From a virus (Duplodnaviria; Caudoviricetes), in IMG/VR virus record IMGVR_UViG_3300036784_000146, positions 79,611 through 143,610 of that record: a stretch of 64,000 bases of DNA; one strand, given 5' to 3'. A model generated the notes under the pieces. That model was given only the letters and a program-made list of their open reading frames with translations. It had not been told where the DNA came from and did no database searches. How positions within the stretch are numbered: the stretch's first letter is position 1; each line of letters starts with the position of its first letter. Position numbers and translations under genes: made by a program. This document shows positions 9,274 through 19,918 of the stretch, in pieces.

Positions 9274-11016
9274 GTGAGCAAGACTCCCGATCAGATAGCC
9301 CAGCAGATCCTGGCCACCCTGGCCCAGACGATGCCGACGCTGTCGTGTGCGATTGGCACGCCGGAGCGCAAAATCATCGACGCCTGCGCCGAACAGATCT
9401 CGACCGCGTCCATCGACACCTATCTGGTGGGTTCGTTGCTGGACATCGACACCAAGGCCGGGGCCGAACTCGAACAGTTCGTCGGCATCTTTGGTTACGG
9501 CAGGCTGTCGGGCAAGCCAGCTCAGGGCACCGTGCGGGTCACCCTCACGGTGGCCTCGACCTCCGACTACACCATCAGCCAGGGCGTCACCTTCTACACC
9601 GGGACCGGCGTGTCGGGGCTGACCACCCAGTTGTACTACTCGGCCAACCAGAGCGTGGTATTGCCAGCCGGTGACTATTCGGTAGACGTCCCGGTCACCT
9701 GCACCACCGTCGGCGTGGCTGGCAACGTGCCGCCGGGCTCGATCACCAACCTGTCTTCGGCGATCGGCTCCTCTGCGGTCACCAACCTGCAGGCCATGAC
9801 CGACGGTACCGACCCCGAGAGCGACGATCAGCTGCGCCAGCGGTTCAAGGACACCTTCCTGCGCAACGTCGCGGGCACCGCCGACTGGTATATCGCGCTG
9901 TGCCAGCAGAACAACGCGGTCACTCGGGTCGTGGTCTTCGGGCCCACCGCGCTTTACACCACCCAGATCGCGGCGCCCTCCACCACGCTGGCGTTGCCGG
10001 TCGACCAGGACGTCAAGTACGTGTGGCCCGACCAGACGAGCTGCTTCATCAACCTGGGCCAGCCGACCGAGACCTTCTACGCCGAGAACGACGACTACGT
10101 CTTGTCGACCGGCATCTCGCCGGTGTTCACCACCGTGTCCTCCGGTGCGATCAGCCCCGGCGACATCGTCGACTTGGAGTTCCAGTACACCCCGGTGTGC
10201 TCGCGCAACGACCCGGCCAACGGGATCGCCAACAAGGTCGACGTCTTCTGCGACGGCATCGCGCCCTTCACGGTCACCGAGCGCAGCGTCATCGACGGCA
10301 CCGAGCTGTCTTCGGAGTCCGGCGACCCGTTCTACACCGGCAACTTCATGCGCCTGGGATCTACGGGTAGCCCAGTGGCCACCAACCGCTACACCCGGCT
10401 GGGCAACGTCCCGCTGGTCACCTTCCCGCCGACGCTGACCGTGGGCGGCGAGATCTATACCCTGGGCACCCACTACTTCGTGATCCAGGACATCACGCTG
10501 TTGCAGGGCTCGCGACTGGAAGCCACCGGCATCGAGTGGGATTCGTCCGGCCCGGCCACCGGCGCCGAGCTGACCTTGGAATACGTCTACAACCAGGTGC
10601 CCGAGGTGCTCGACAACGTGATGACCACCTCCAAGCAGCTGACCACCGACGTGATGGTGCACCAGGCCCAGTACGTCTACCTGCAGCCCTGCCTGAACAT
10701 CGAGTACGACCGCAGCTACTCCCCGGCCACCGTCAATGCCGCTGTGGCCACCCGGCTGCAGAGCTACATCGCCGGGCTGCCGTTCGGTTCGCAGATCAAG
10801 TTCTCGGTGCTGTGCTCGGTGATCGGCCAGGTGTTGGGTGTGGTCGACGTCAAGGTCACCAGCAGCACCGATAACCCCGACGTCTACGGGATCCAGGTGT
10901 TCGCCAACTCCGAAGACATCGCCCCCCTCAGCGTGCAGGCCACCGACTTCAAGCTCGACGACAACCAGGTCGCTTACTTCCTGGGCTCCATCATCACCCG
11001 GACGGCGGCGCCGTAA
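9274..11016 (+). CDS. Baseplate J/gp47 family protein
   Basis: 'VPVTCTTVGVAGNVPPGSIT...VTNLQAMTDGTDPESDDQLRQRF' is a baseplate J signature. Confidence 0.9.
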   Translation: MSKTPDQIAQQILATLAQTMPTLSCAIGTPERKIIDACAEQISTASIDTYLVGSLLDIDTKAGAELEQFVGIFGYGRLSGKPAQGTVRVTLTVASTSDYTISQGVTFYTGTGVSGLTTQLYYSANQSVVLPAGDYSVDVPVTCTTVGVAGNVPPGSITNLSSAIGSSAVTNLQAMTDGTDPESDDQLRQRFKDTFLRNVAGTADWYIALCQQNNAVTRVVVFGPTALYTTQIAAPSTTLALPVDQDVKYVWPDQTSCFINLGQPTETFYAENDDYVLSTGISPVFTTVSSGAISPGDIVDLEFQYTPVCSRNDPANGIANKVDVFCDGIAPFTVTERSVIDGTELSSESGDPFYTGNFMRLGSTGSPVATNRYTRLGNVPLVTFPPTLTVGGEIYTLGTHYFVIQDITLLQGSRLEATGIEWDSSGPATGAELTLEYVYNQVPEVLDNVMTTSKQLTTDVMVHQAQYVYLQPCLNIEYDRSYSPATVNAAVATRLQSYIAGLPFGSQIKFSVLCSVIGQVLGVVDVKVTSSTDNPDVYGIQVFANSEDIAPLSVQATDFKLDDNQVAYFLGSIITRTAAP

Positions 11017-13943
11017 TGGGGGTGTTGAACAGCCCGTGGCCGTGGATGCCACCCAAGAGCACCGAGCTGCTCTTAATGCACTGCGACGACACCGCGTACA
11101 CGGCCACACCGGACACCGCCATGTACAAGCTGGTGGACGCGATCTGCGGCACCACCGGCGCCGGGGCATTGGTCAACCAGGTCTTCATCGCGCGGCTGGC
11201 CGGGGCTATGGAGACGATCTACTACGGCGACCTCGACTCGGTCTTCTCCAACATGCACTTCCTGGCGCGCGCGCCCGAGGAGTCCTACCCCTACAACCCC
11301 CTGACCGACATGCTCACCGCTAACCAGTGGAACGAGGTCAGAGTCAAAGACGCGTGGTACCGCGCGCGGGTGCGCGACCACTTCGTCGCGTGCGGGCTGG
11401 GCTCGACCGTCGAGGGCGTGCGGATGTGCGTGCAGGCCGCACTGTCGGTGGACTGCTATGTCTATGAGATCTGGCGCTACATGGACAATTTCGGGATCAC
11501 CGCAGACCTGGGGCGCTCGCCGGTCAGCGTGCGCAACGAGCTGGTGATCCAGCCGCACAAGACGTCGCTGGCCCCCGACGAGATGCGGCTCGCGCGCGAC
11601 ATGCTCGCGATGTTCATGTCCCTGGACATCATCGTCACGATCAACGTCAACGGCATCCCGGTGCAGATCCCGGTCCCGATCACGGCGGCCGCCTCCGACT
11701 CGACCTACTACGAGGTCCAGAAGGTGGTCACCAACACCCCGTTGATAAGCCAGCTGCCGCCGCCGGAGCTGCTACCCATCGACCTGCTGCCGACCCAGAC
11801 CTGGATGTACTCCAAGGACCCGACGCTGGCCCCCTACGCGGCGTTCAATATCTCGCAGGAGTATGGCTACTACTATCTGACCGGCGGGGGCGCGCGTTCG
11901 CCGATCGACTCGGTCTCTTACGGCACGATCAACACCTCGACGCCGGTGAAGGTCGCAGTCTTCGAGCTGTCGGGCACCTTCAATCTCGTGGGCAGCATTC
12001 CCGAGCCCGGGGCCGTGGTCACCAACTCGTGGTTCTCCACTCTTGACGGTGACTTCTTCCAGTGGATCCCGGTCAATTACTCCGCTGATCTCTACCCCAT
12101 GAACACCAGCGTGGCTCAGGGCGTCACCAATCTGACGAATGCCATTAACGCCTGGACGGGCCCGTTTATCATCGTGGGCTACAGCCAGGGCGCAATCGTC
12201 GTCAGCAACGTCTACGACGAGATCCGAACCGGCTCGTTGCAAAATCGGCGGACCGATCTGCTGGCCGGGCTGGCCTACGGCAATCCCCGGCGTCAGGCCG
12301 GGCAGATCTTCCCCGGCGGGACCGACCCTGGCGGACACGGCATCATGAACTGGGCCCTGCTGGCCAACACCGAGCCCCTGTGGTGGGAGTTCGCCAACCC
12401 AGGTGACATCTCCTGCAACGTCTACGATGACCAGGCTGGCCAGGACCTCAGTACCTTGTTCGGGCTGATCTATGAGCACTACAACGGCATTCTGTCGGTG
12501 ATCGTCTCCCTGATCACTAGCGGCATTGCAGGAGCTGAGGCTCTGATCCAGAGCCTGCTGGACCTCTTCTACTTCGCGGAGCCCGGCGGTACACATCCGC
12601 ATGGGCAGTACCAAAACCCCGCCTACCAGCCGGTGGCCGGGGACTCGCGCGACCAGGTGCAGATCGGCCGCGACTACATCAACAGCCTGGCGTTGCCCAA
12701 CTTGACCGCATTGAGCACCCTCGTGGCCTCCACCGCCACGGCGGTCACCGTCTACGAGGTCGACGAGATCACCACCGGCACACCGTCGAGCTGGTTCTCT
12801 GCCAATCTCGACCCTCGCATCCGCTACGTGTGGGTGCCCTACCCCTCGAACACCGAGCTGCCGTTGCAGGACGCGATCGACGCAGGTGTGTCTGCCCTTG
12901 TCACCATGATCAACAACAGCCCCGGCAAGTTCATCCTGCTGGGCACCGGCGAGGGCGCCATCGTCACCTCCAACGTCTACGACGAGCTGCGCACCGGCTA
13001 CATGCAGCACCGAGATACCGATCTGCTGGCCGGTATCGCCATAGGCAACCCTCGTCGCGAGGCGGGTGTCATCGCGCCAGGCTGTACCGACCCCGGCGGC
13101 CATGGCATCAGCGCCAACCGGCTGGCTGCCACCGACTCGTATTGGTGGGAGTTCGCCAATCCGGGCGACGTCCTGGCCACTACGGGTGATGACGACAACG
13201 GAATTTGGACGACAACCCTGTTCGACGCGATAGTGGCCAGCTACGCGGGCGGGGACCCGAGCCCGATCACCAATGCCTATCCCAGTGCCGACGTCAACAT
13301 CTCGTTGATCATGCAGACCATCCTCAGCGTCGTCGTCAGCCAGGTCGGCTCGGCTCACACCACTTACCAGAGCAGCACCCCAATCGCTGGGGACAACCGC
13401 ACCAGCTTCCAGATAGCGCGCGACTACATCAACACCTTCGCGGTGTTGTCGACGGCGTACGCGGCCGCCCCGGCCGATCCCATGCAGACCTACCTGCCTG
13501 CGCAGGACTTCGAGTCCTACGTCAACAACTCGCAGTTCGGGGCCTGGCAAACCTACGAGATCGTGGACAGCCCGGACAACTACCCGGGTGGCAAGTTCGG
13601 CAAGACCCCCAACGCCGCGCCGCCGATCAATCCCGACGGCACGCCGTACAACTTCCCTTGGCCGAGCCAGCAGGCCTACATCACCGCCAAGATGAACCAG
13701 GTGATATCGCTGGGCGGACAGGCCGACAACTACCACTACCGGATCCCGGTGGGTCAGGCCAGCATCACCAAGGAGGTCTTCCTGCCCGAATACGCCATCG
13801 CCGCGACGGAGCCCACGATGGACTCCACCCTCTCGATGTCGCTGACGATGCTGCGACCTTCTCCCACGAGCCAGACCGGCTGGAATCAGGTCTTCGCCAC
13901 CAGCGCGGCTGCACCGGCCGGGGCGGCGGGGAGCAGCGGCTGA
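11016..13943 (+). CDS. Baseplate wedge-type protein with two internal cutinase/lysin B-like alpha/beta hydrolase domains
   Basis: Follows baseplate J; N-terminal 'DAWYRARV...GST.EGVR' segment. Domain 1 has GYSQG, GNPRR, WEFANPGD and HGQY. Domain 2 has GTGEG, GNPRR, WEFANPGD and HTTY. Confidence 0.75.
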   Translation: MGVLNSPWPWMPPKSTELLLMHCDDTAYTATPDTAMYKLVDAICGTTGAGALVNQVFIARLAGAMETIYYGDLDSVFSNMHFLARAPEESYPYNPLTDMLTANQWNEVRVKDAWYRARVRDHFVACGLGSTVEGVRMCVQAALSVDCYVYEIWRYMDNFGITADLGRSPVSVRNELVIQPHKTSLAPDEMRLARDMLAMFMSLDIIVTINVNGIPVQIPVPITAAASDSTYYEVQKVVTNTPLISQLPPPELLPIDLLPTQTWMYSKDPTLAPYAAFNISQEYGYYYLTGGGARSPIDSVSYGTINTSTPVKVAVFELSGTFNLVGSIPEPGAVVTNSWFSTLDGDFFQWIPVNYSADLYPMNTSVAQGVTNLTNAINAWTGPFIIVGYSQGAIVVSNVYDEIRTGSLQNRRTDLLAGLAYGNPRRQAGQIFPGGTDPGGHGIMNWALLANTEPLWWEFANPGDISCNVYDDQAGQDLSTLFGLIYEHYNGILSVIVSLITSGIAGAEALIQSLLDLFYFAEPGGTHPHGQYQNPAYQPVAGDSRDQVQIGRDYINSLALPNLTALSTLVASTATAVTVYEVDEITTGTPSSWFSANLDPRIRYVWVPYPSNTELPLQDAIDAGVSALVTMINNSPGKFILLGTGEGAIVTSNVYDELRTGYMQHRDTDLLAGIAIGNPRREAGVIAPGCTDPGGHGISANRLAATDSYWWEFANPGDVLATTGDDDNGIWTTTLFDAIVASYAGGDPSPITNAYPSADVNISLIMQTILSVVVSQVGSAHTTYQSSTPIAGDNRTSFQIARDYINTFAVLSTAYAAAPADPMQTYLPAQDFESYVNNSQFGAWQTYEIVDSPDNYPGGKFGKTPNAAPPINPDGTPYNFPWPSQQAYITAKMNQVISLGGQADNYHYRIPVGQASITKEVFLPEYAIAATEPTMDSTLSMSLTMLRPSPTSQTGWNQVFATSAAAPAGAAGSSG

Positions 13944-16900
13944 TGGCTGCCTCACCCCTACAGGGGATGTTCCTCAACTTCCACTGGCCGCTACCGCTGG
14001 TGAACCTGGTCCAGGACCTGATCGGCAAGCAGCAGTCGGCGCCCAATACCCCGCAGATCACCACCAGCGCGGCGGGCAGCGCATCGTCGGCACCTCAGGT
14101 CTGGTTCTCTCAGCCCCGCTCGGCCACCGACCCGACCATCGAGGTGCTGACCGTCAATTTCAAACTCCCACTCTCGATCGGCGAGTTCTCCATCGAGATC
14201 CTGCGCGTCTCGTGCACCTTCCAAGTCTGGTACCAGGACCGCAACAACAACTGGATCCAGATGCGCGACGAGAGCTACCAGCCGATGCAGATCACGCTGT
14301 CCTCGTCTCAGGAGGTGAGCTGGTACAAGTACCACGTCTATACCTATCAGATCGTCGCGAAGGCGGTGCAGTTCCGCATCTCGCGCAACCCCGACCTCAT
14401 ATTGGGCAACCAGCCGTTCAACATCGGTCTGCAGAACGGGCTGATCCGGCGCAACATCTATGCCCTGTCCGACGGCACTCAGGCCATGGAGCCCGAGCAG
14501 GACGCGTTGGGAAACGTCATCGCCAAGTACATCCAGGACTGGGGCGCCTCCGACGCGATCGACGACGAGCCCTTCACCTTCTGGCGCAGCGCTCCCCAGC
14601 CTGACCCGCAGGCCGTGGTGTCGCTCTACCTGGACCTGCGTAACCCCGACGGCACGCCGCAGCTGATTGACACGCTCTATATCGACCCGGTCTACATCAA
14701 CCAGAACCTCAACCTCTACTACTCGGTCGACGACACCGTGGGGACCCGTAACCTGTCGCCGGTCAGCCTGCCTCCCGACATCGACGAGAACACCCAGTGG
14801 ACGGCCGGATCGGGTCTCTCCGACATCTCTGCGACCGGGGGCACCAGTCTCTATCAGATAGCGCTGGCGATCGGCCCACAGCTGTCTCAGCCCGTCTGGA
14901 TGGGTATCCAATGGGCGCCCGACTTCGACGTGCTTACTGGTGCACCGCCGAACAACCCCATCCTGTTCGGGGTGTCTCCGGGGCTGAACGCCGTGCAGAC
15001 CATCTCCATCGTGGGGGACGCCGTCGGCGGGTCCTTCGAGCTGAGTCTGGACGGCACCAACTACAGCGCCTCGATCGCTAACAACGCGACCGGTGACGCC
15101 ATGCAGACCGCGCTGGCAGCGCTCGCGGCGATCGGTACCGGTAATGTGTTGGTGGCCGGAGACCCAGGTGGCCCGTGGACGGTGAACTTCCAGAACCAGC
15201 TGGGTCAGCAGGCGGTGCCCGACCTGCAGGTGGTCAACTCCCTGACCGGCGCCCCGCAGCCCAAGGTCAACGTACAGACCACCACCGCCGGGTACTCGCC
15301 GCCCAACGCCGGGGGGAGTCAGTACTGGCCCCGGGTGTACTTCGATGCCGGTGCCTCTGAGATCGCGCTCGAACTGACCAACGGCCAGGACACGCAGCTC
15401 TTTACGGTGCCGCTGTCCCCGCTGCCCACTCAGTACACCCCGATGCGCATCGTGGTCGGCTGGGTCTACGAGCCCACCCCGCAGGTCTTCCTGTCGGTCA
15501 CGCGGCCCGACGGACAGCTCATGGCCGACTCCACCCAGAGCGCGCCCCATCTGCCCACCCAGATCACGCTGGACGGCGAGGTAGGCTACCAGGACTTCCG
15601 AGGCAACATGACTGCGCTCGTGGTCAAGCTCGGCAACTGGGCCAACGGGTACCGGGCGTTTCAGGCCAACCCGGCGATGTACGTCAACCCCGACCCGGTG
15701 CAACCTGACCCCAACACCGGTATCGTGCCGTCGACCACGCTCGACGATGCGGTGCTGGCGGTCGACTGGACGCTGCAGGACACACCGATCGGCGGCGGGC
15801 ACGCCAGCTTCTACACCTCCAAGATCTGGACGCCGATCTTCGCCAACTATGTCACCCAGAAGGGCAAGTTCTACTTCCCCAAGCCGGTGATGGTGAAGTA
15901 CCTGCAGCTAGAGTTCTCCAACCTCACCCAGGAGAGCTACCCGGTCTACGACTCGGGCATCAAGGTGATGTACCAGGTCTTCCCGATCTCGGTGAGCCAG
16001 ACCCAGACCAAGCCGACGCTGGGCAGCATCATCAACGGTCTGGTATCGATCGGCGGCCAGATCCTCACCGGTGGCATCGGCAGCGTCAACTGGCTCAACC
16101 CCTCGACGATCACTGCTGCGGTCAACTCAGTGTTCGGTCAGACAGTGTCGCCGATCAGCGTGCAGGTGGGTCCGGGCTATACCACGAGCACCGCACCGGC
16201 CATTCCCAACACGCTGGGCTCCTCGGCCTCAGACATCGTTCCTGAGATATCCAGCCCGTGGGTCTACCGGCGTCAGCTGCCCAACGTGGCCGTGCTGGCC
16301 GCCCAGCAGCTCGGTGGCTTCCTGAACAACGTCGGCGCCCAGGTGGTCAACCCGTTGATCAACGGCATCGCCTCGACGATCGCGGGGGCCTTCAGCCCGC
16401 TGATTAACTTCTCGCCGTCCTCGACGTCGCTGCCGCTGCAGGGCTCGGACTTCTGGGTGGTCCCGGGTCAGACCCTGGCGATAGCGGCCACCGTCATGCA
16501 GGGGCTCACCCAGGTCACCAGCACGCTGCTGAACCCCACGCCGGACACCACCACCCGGCTGCGGTTCACCACGACCAGCGTGCACGAGTACCAGATCAAG
16601 ACGGCGATACGTGATGCCGCCATCGCCTACTTCGCCGGGATCCGCGAGGTGCAGGCGTTCCGCACCACCTACATCTCCACCCAGGATCCACCGAACTTCC
16701 AGTTCAACCCGTACGACCCAAATCAGTTCATCTACAACAACATTCGGCAGCTGACCAGCGGGCCCATCTCCACGGCCGGGATCACCTACGAGATCCAGAA
16801 TCCGTTGTTCGACACCACGCTGGACGAGTGGGACCAGGCCCAGGGCAGCTGGTCGGTCGACCCGGCGATGGGCCGCTACCACTACGGCTCGGCCAAGGTC

Positions 16901-18124
16901 ACCGCCGCCGGGACCGAGAAGGAGTTGCTCTCCGCCCTGATCACCGCGTGGCCGAACGTCACGCCGGGCGCCAATTTCGGGGCCAGCGTGTGGGTGCAGT
17001 GGCAGGGCGCAGTCACCAATGCCTCCACGCAGTCGGTGCAGCTGCAGGCCAACTTCTATGACGCCGACGGCAACTTCCTGTCCCAGCAGATCGCGAGCAT
17101 GGACGCGCCGGGCACCACGAACATGTGGGACGTCACAGGTGAAGGCGGGGCACAGCTCACCGGCACCTTCCAGGTCCCCACTCTGGGCGCCCAGATCAAG
17201 CTCGGGCTGGTGGTCACCCCCGACATGACCGCCGGGCAGGTGTGGTTCGACACGGTGCTGATCTACTCCACCGACCAGGTGGAGGGCACCACTTTCATCG
17301 ACCTGATTACCCAGTCCACCTTCGTCAAGGTCGACTGCCAGTTCAACGATTCGGGCACGGTGCGCTCTGACGACATGTGGGCCGACGCCGACCCGCTCAA
17401 CACCAACATCAGCTCGACCGCACTGGCCTGGTACACCGACACCATCCCGCCGCGTAGCGGGCTTCCCGGGGGCACCTGGGCCTCGGACAACACGATGTGG
17501 GCCGACCCGACCACCGTCTGGGGAGAGCCGTTCGCCGAGGTGGCGATCAACGTCGACCCGAACATGACCTACCAGGGCAAGCGGGTCCTGCACATCACGC
17601 GCGCGGCCGGATACGGCGAGGCCGGGATCGCGGTCCGGCAGGTCACCGGCTTCGTACCCAATGGCCTCTTCCGGCTGAACCTGATCTACCAGAAGCCGGT
17701 CGCTGACAGCGACCAGATCATCCTGCGGCTGCGCCGGGTGAGCGACGGCGTCTACATCTACGAGTACACCTTCAACCCCAACACTCACCCCGGCGCCACG
17801 GGCTTCTGGTACGAGCTGCAGACCGACTTCCAGGAGCTGCCGGACGTCAACGACCAGATCTACACGCTGGAAGCGGTGGTCAGCGGGGACGCGGGCGGGG
17901 ACTTCTACATCAACGATGCCTGGGTCGAGGTGGCCCAAATCCGCTACTTCTGCAGGCTCGGTGGCGAGAGCCAGTTCCTGCACGACGTGACCGCGCTGCG
18001 GTACACAGACACGGCCATCGTGTCGGCCACCCAGCCGGTGAACGAGGTCACCATGCAGTCGGCGATCCTCAGCCCCACAGCCTGGGCCTACTCTGCGGTC
18101 CTTACGCCCAACTACCTGAAGTGA
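13943..18124 (+). CDS. Large baseplate/minor tail protein (about 1393 aa)
   Basis: ATG overlaps the upstream TGA (TGATG); strong GC3 bias; contains a carbohydrate-binding-like 'NPLFDT.LDEW...VWFDTV' domain. Confidence 0.75.
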   Translation: MAASPLQGMFLNFHWPLPLVNLVQDLIGKQQSAPNTPQITTSAAGSASSAPQVWFSQPRSATDPTIEVLTVNFKLPLSIGEFSIEILRVSCTFQVWYQDRNNNWIQMRDESYQPMQITLSSSQEVSWYKYHVYTYQIVAKAVQFRISRNPDLILGNQPFNIGLQNGLIRRNIYALSDGTQAMEPEQDALGNVIAKYIQDWGASDAIDDEPFTFWRSAPQPDPQAVVSLYLDLRNPDGTPQLIDTLYIDPVYINQNLNLYYSVDDTVGTRNLSPVSLPPDIDENTQWTAGSGLSDISATGGTSLYQIALAIGPQLSQPVWMGIQWAPDFDVLTGAPPNNPILFGVSPGLNAVQTISIVGDAVGGSFELSLDGTNYSASIANNATGDAMQTALAALAAIGTGNVLVAGDPGGPWTVNFQNQLGQQAVPDLQVVNSLTGAPQPKVNVQTTTAGYSPPNAGGSQYWPRVYFDAGASEIALELTNGQDTQLFTVPLSPLPTQYTPMRIVVGWVYEPTPQVFLSVTRPDGQLMADSTQSAPHLPTQITLDGEVGYQDFRGNMTALVVKLGNWANGYRAFQANPAMYVNPDPVQPDPNTGIVPSTTLDDAVLAVDWTLQDTPIGGGHASFYTSKIWTPIFANYVTQKGKFYFPKPVMVKYLQLEFSNLTQESYPVYDSGIKVMYQVFPISVSQTQTKPTLGSIINGLVSIGGQILTGGIGSVNWLNPSTITAAVNSVFGQTVSPISVQVGPGYTTSTAPAIPNTLGSSASDIVPEISSPWVYRRQLPNVAVLAAQQLGGFLNNVGAQVVNPLINGIASTIAGAFSPLINFSPSSTSLPLQGSDFWVVPGQTLAIAATVMQGLTQVTSTLLNPTPDTTTRLRFTTTSVHEYQIKTAIRDAAIAYFAGIREVQAFRTTYISTQDPPNFQFNPYDPNQFIYNNIRQLTSGPISTAGITYEIQNPLFDTTLDEWDQAQGSWSVDPAMGRYHYGSAKVTAAGTEKELLSALITAWPNVTPGANFGASVWVQWQGAVTNASTQSVQLQANFYDADGNFLSQQIASMDAPGTTNMWDVTGEGGAQLTGTFQVPTLGAQIKLGLVVTPDMTAGQVWFDTVLIYSTDQVEGTTFIDLITQSTFVKVDCQFNDSGTVRSDDMWADADPLNTNISSTALAWYTDTIPPRSGLPGGTWASDNTMWADPTTVWGEPFAEVAINVDPNMTYQGKRVLHITRAAGYGEAGIAVRQVTGFVPNGLFRLNLIYQKPVADSDQIILRLRRVSDGVYIYEYTFNPNTHPGATGFWYELQTDFQELPDVNDQIYTLEAVVSGDAGGDFYINDAWVEVAQIRYFCRLGGESQFLHDVTALRYTDTAIVSATQPVNEVTMQSAILSPTAWAYSAVLTPNYLK

Positions 18125-18128
18125 TGCG

Positions 18129-18344
18129 CTAGTCCCGATCGGGATAGAACACCCACTCCCCGGGATCGTCAGGATCTAAGACGTCCACGGTGAGGTCGTT
18201 GTCGGCCGGACCTTTCGTTCCGTAGGTGAAGGTGAGCAGGGTGCGGTCGTCCCCAAGGGGCTCGGTCTTGGTGACCGTGGCGTAGCCGACTCTCATCCGG
18301 ATCCGGTCCCCAGGTTTCAATTCATCCGCGCGTTTGAGGGCCAT
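18129..18344 (-). CDS. Small SH3-like hypothetical protein
   Basis: 'RADELKPGDRI' motif, common in small phage beta-barrel proteins; convergent with the tail operon. Confidence 0.55.
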   Translation of the reverse strand: MALKRADELKPGDRIRMRVGYATVTKTEPLGDDRTLLTFTYGTKGPADNDLTVDVLDPDDPGEWVFYPDRD

Positions 18345-18352
18345 CCCTCTAG

Positions 18353-18400
18353 CCTAGGAATATACCTGTCAGGTACACTGTTCCTGTACGTGGAAGGGAG
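18353..18400 (+). promoter_or_regulatory. Repeated early promoter/operator, copy 1 (TACCT-N3-AGGTA palindrome overlapping a TACACT -10)
   Basis: CCTAGGAATATACCTGTCAGGTACACTGTTCCTGTACGTGGAAGGGAG is nearly identical to 20158-20205. Confidence 0.75.
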
Positions 18401-18408
18401 GTGCGGGC

Positions 18409-18603
18409 ATGAAGTTCATCAGGGAAGCGCCCGGCCAGTACGTCTGTGGCGAGTATCGACTCAACCGGACACGCGAAGGCAGCCTCTACTCCAACGAGAT
18501 CATGTGGACGGTCCGTTGCGGCGAGGAGCATCTCGCCAACGTCGGCACGCTGAAAGAGGCCAAGGTCGTTGCGGCCGCGTTTGAGCAAGGAGTCAGGCAA
18601 TGA
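18409..18603 (+). CDS. Hypothetical phage protein
   Basis: GGAGG RBS after the repeated promoter; 64 aa. Confidence 0.6.
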   Translation: MKFIREAPGQYVCGEYRLNRTREGSLYSNEIMWTVRCGEEHLANVGTLKEAKVVAAAFEQGVRQ

Positions 18604-18757
18604 AGATGATGGGCCGCGCCCACCAGAACAGCAGGAACACCAAGGTTGAGTGCAACTGCGGCCGCCGGATGTGCTCCCGGCTGCGGGCCTTTTACCGACG
18701 GGAGCAACGACGCATCGAGCGCCAAGGGGTGGCGCGTGAGATCAGGGAGGCACAACG

Positions 18758-19219
18758 ATGAAAGACCAACTACGTGAGCTTGGAGCCCGCAAGGCTGTCG
18801 CCGAGTTGCATCCCGAGCTGCACGCCGAGTTCCGCGCCGCCTGGGCGGCTGGCATGAGCAAGGCCGAGGCCTCCGACTGGGCCTACCGTCTGGGCCGTTT
18901 GCCGGATGCCGAGTCCAGCACCTACACCTTGGGCCTGCGTGAGGCCCGAGAGAAGGGTTGGGGCGATGACCTCGCTGGCATGCACCCCCGTCAAGCGCAA
19001 GTCCTGGTCGAGGTCCCCTCTGAGGATCGAGCTGCCGTGGCGTCCAGCGCGCATCTGATGCAGAACCTGACCGGCGGCATCTTCTCGGGTTGCCTGCAGA
19101 GTTGCGTGGCCGAGTACAAGCGGGTGGGGGCCGAACAGATGGCTCGCCAAGACCGTCTCACCAACGCCCGGCTGATGGGCTGGAACGTGGACGAGGAAGG
19201 GCGTCGGATCGACGCGTGA
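18758..19219 (+). CDS. Hypothetical phage protein
   Basis: RBS GGAGG; 153 aa; GC3 bias. Confidence 0.65.
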   Translation: MKDQLRELGARKAVAELHPELHAEFRAAWAAGMSKAEASDWAYRLGRLPDAESSTYTLGLREAREKGWGDDLAGMHPRQAQVLVEVPSEDRAAVASSAHLMQNLTGGIFSGCLQSCVAEYKRVGAEQMARQDRLTNARLMGWNVDEEGRRIDA

Positions 19220-19376
19220 GAGGAGGAGCGATGCCAAAGCTGAGCGCGGCCGAGCTGGCCCACAAGGAGCGTGTGCGCCGGTGGGTCGAGGTCCGGCCGA
19301 AGTCCAAGAGGATGCCCGCCGGGCGTCCCGACAAGCACCCCGGAAAGGGGAATCGCAACCGATGGAAGGAGATGCG

Positions 19377-19619
19377 ATGACCAAAGTTCTCAACATCAAG
19401 AAGACCGGTGGCATCGCGGGCCAGATCCGCTACACCGCCGTCGTCCAGTACCCCGGTGAGGACAGCTCGACGGTGTCCTTCGTCGGCAGCGTCTACGGCG
19501 GGCCCGTGGTGATGGTCACCGAGGGCTGGCCGGACGGCATCTTCGTCACCGAGCCCGGCCAGTACGGCAAGTTCGGGCCGAGCTGGGTCCGCAACTTCTT
19601 CGGAAAAGAGCGACCGTGA
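19377..19619 (+). CDS. Hypothetical mycobacteriophage-type protein
   Basis: AAGGAG RBS, ATGA overlap; 'TVSFVGSVYGGPVVMV' segment. Confidence 0.65.
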   Translation: MTKVLNIKKTGGIAGQIRYTAVVQYPGEDSSTVSFVGSVYGGPVVMVTEGWPDGIFVTEPGQYGKFGPSWVRNFFGKERP

Positions 19620-19918
19620 GGCGAGTAGTGCAGGGGGTTCCCCTGGTGCGCCGGGACGGGATGTGGCATACCGAAGACGGCCGCTACACCGTCAGCATGG
19701 ACTACGCGGCCACCACATACTGCGATGCCCCGCATCCGGTACGCACCGGCCGGGGGCGGGGATACCAATGCCCCGGCGACGAGGAACACGCTCACCCACT
19801 CTGGAACGTGTGGGACAACCAGTCGGATGACCACGCCTTCGGCGCCGTCTACGAAACGATGCGCGAGGCCGTCCATGTCTTGGCCGAACACCTGAAGGGA
19901 GAGGTCGTCAGTAATTGA
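19616..19918 (+). CDS. Hypothetical phage protein (CDAPHP...CPGD.EH, possibly metal-binding)
   Basis: GTGA overlap; 100 aa. Confidence 0.6.
   Translation: MRRVVQGVPLVRRDGMWHTEDGRYTVSMDYAATTYCDAPHPVRTGRGRGYQCPGDEEHAHPLWNVWDNQSDDHAFGAVYETMREAVHVLAEHLKGEVVSN

Noticed and set aside
13205-13942. N-terminal extension of the 1639-aa ORF
   Set aside because: It overlaps the upstream baseplate gene out of frame. The real start is likely ATG 13943, which overlaps the upstream TGA.
9250-17983. Long minus-strand ORFs (9250-11169, 11772-13955, 13991-15802, 16229-17983; likewise 41422-43530 and 39658-41310)
   Set aside because: Antisense shadows of high-GC3 genes, with no recognisable motifs.
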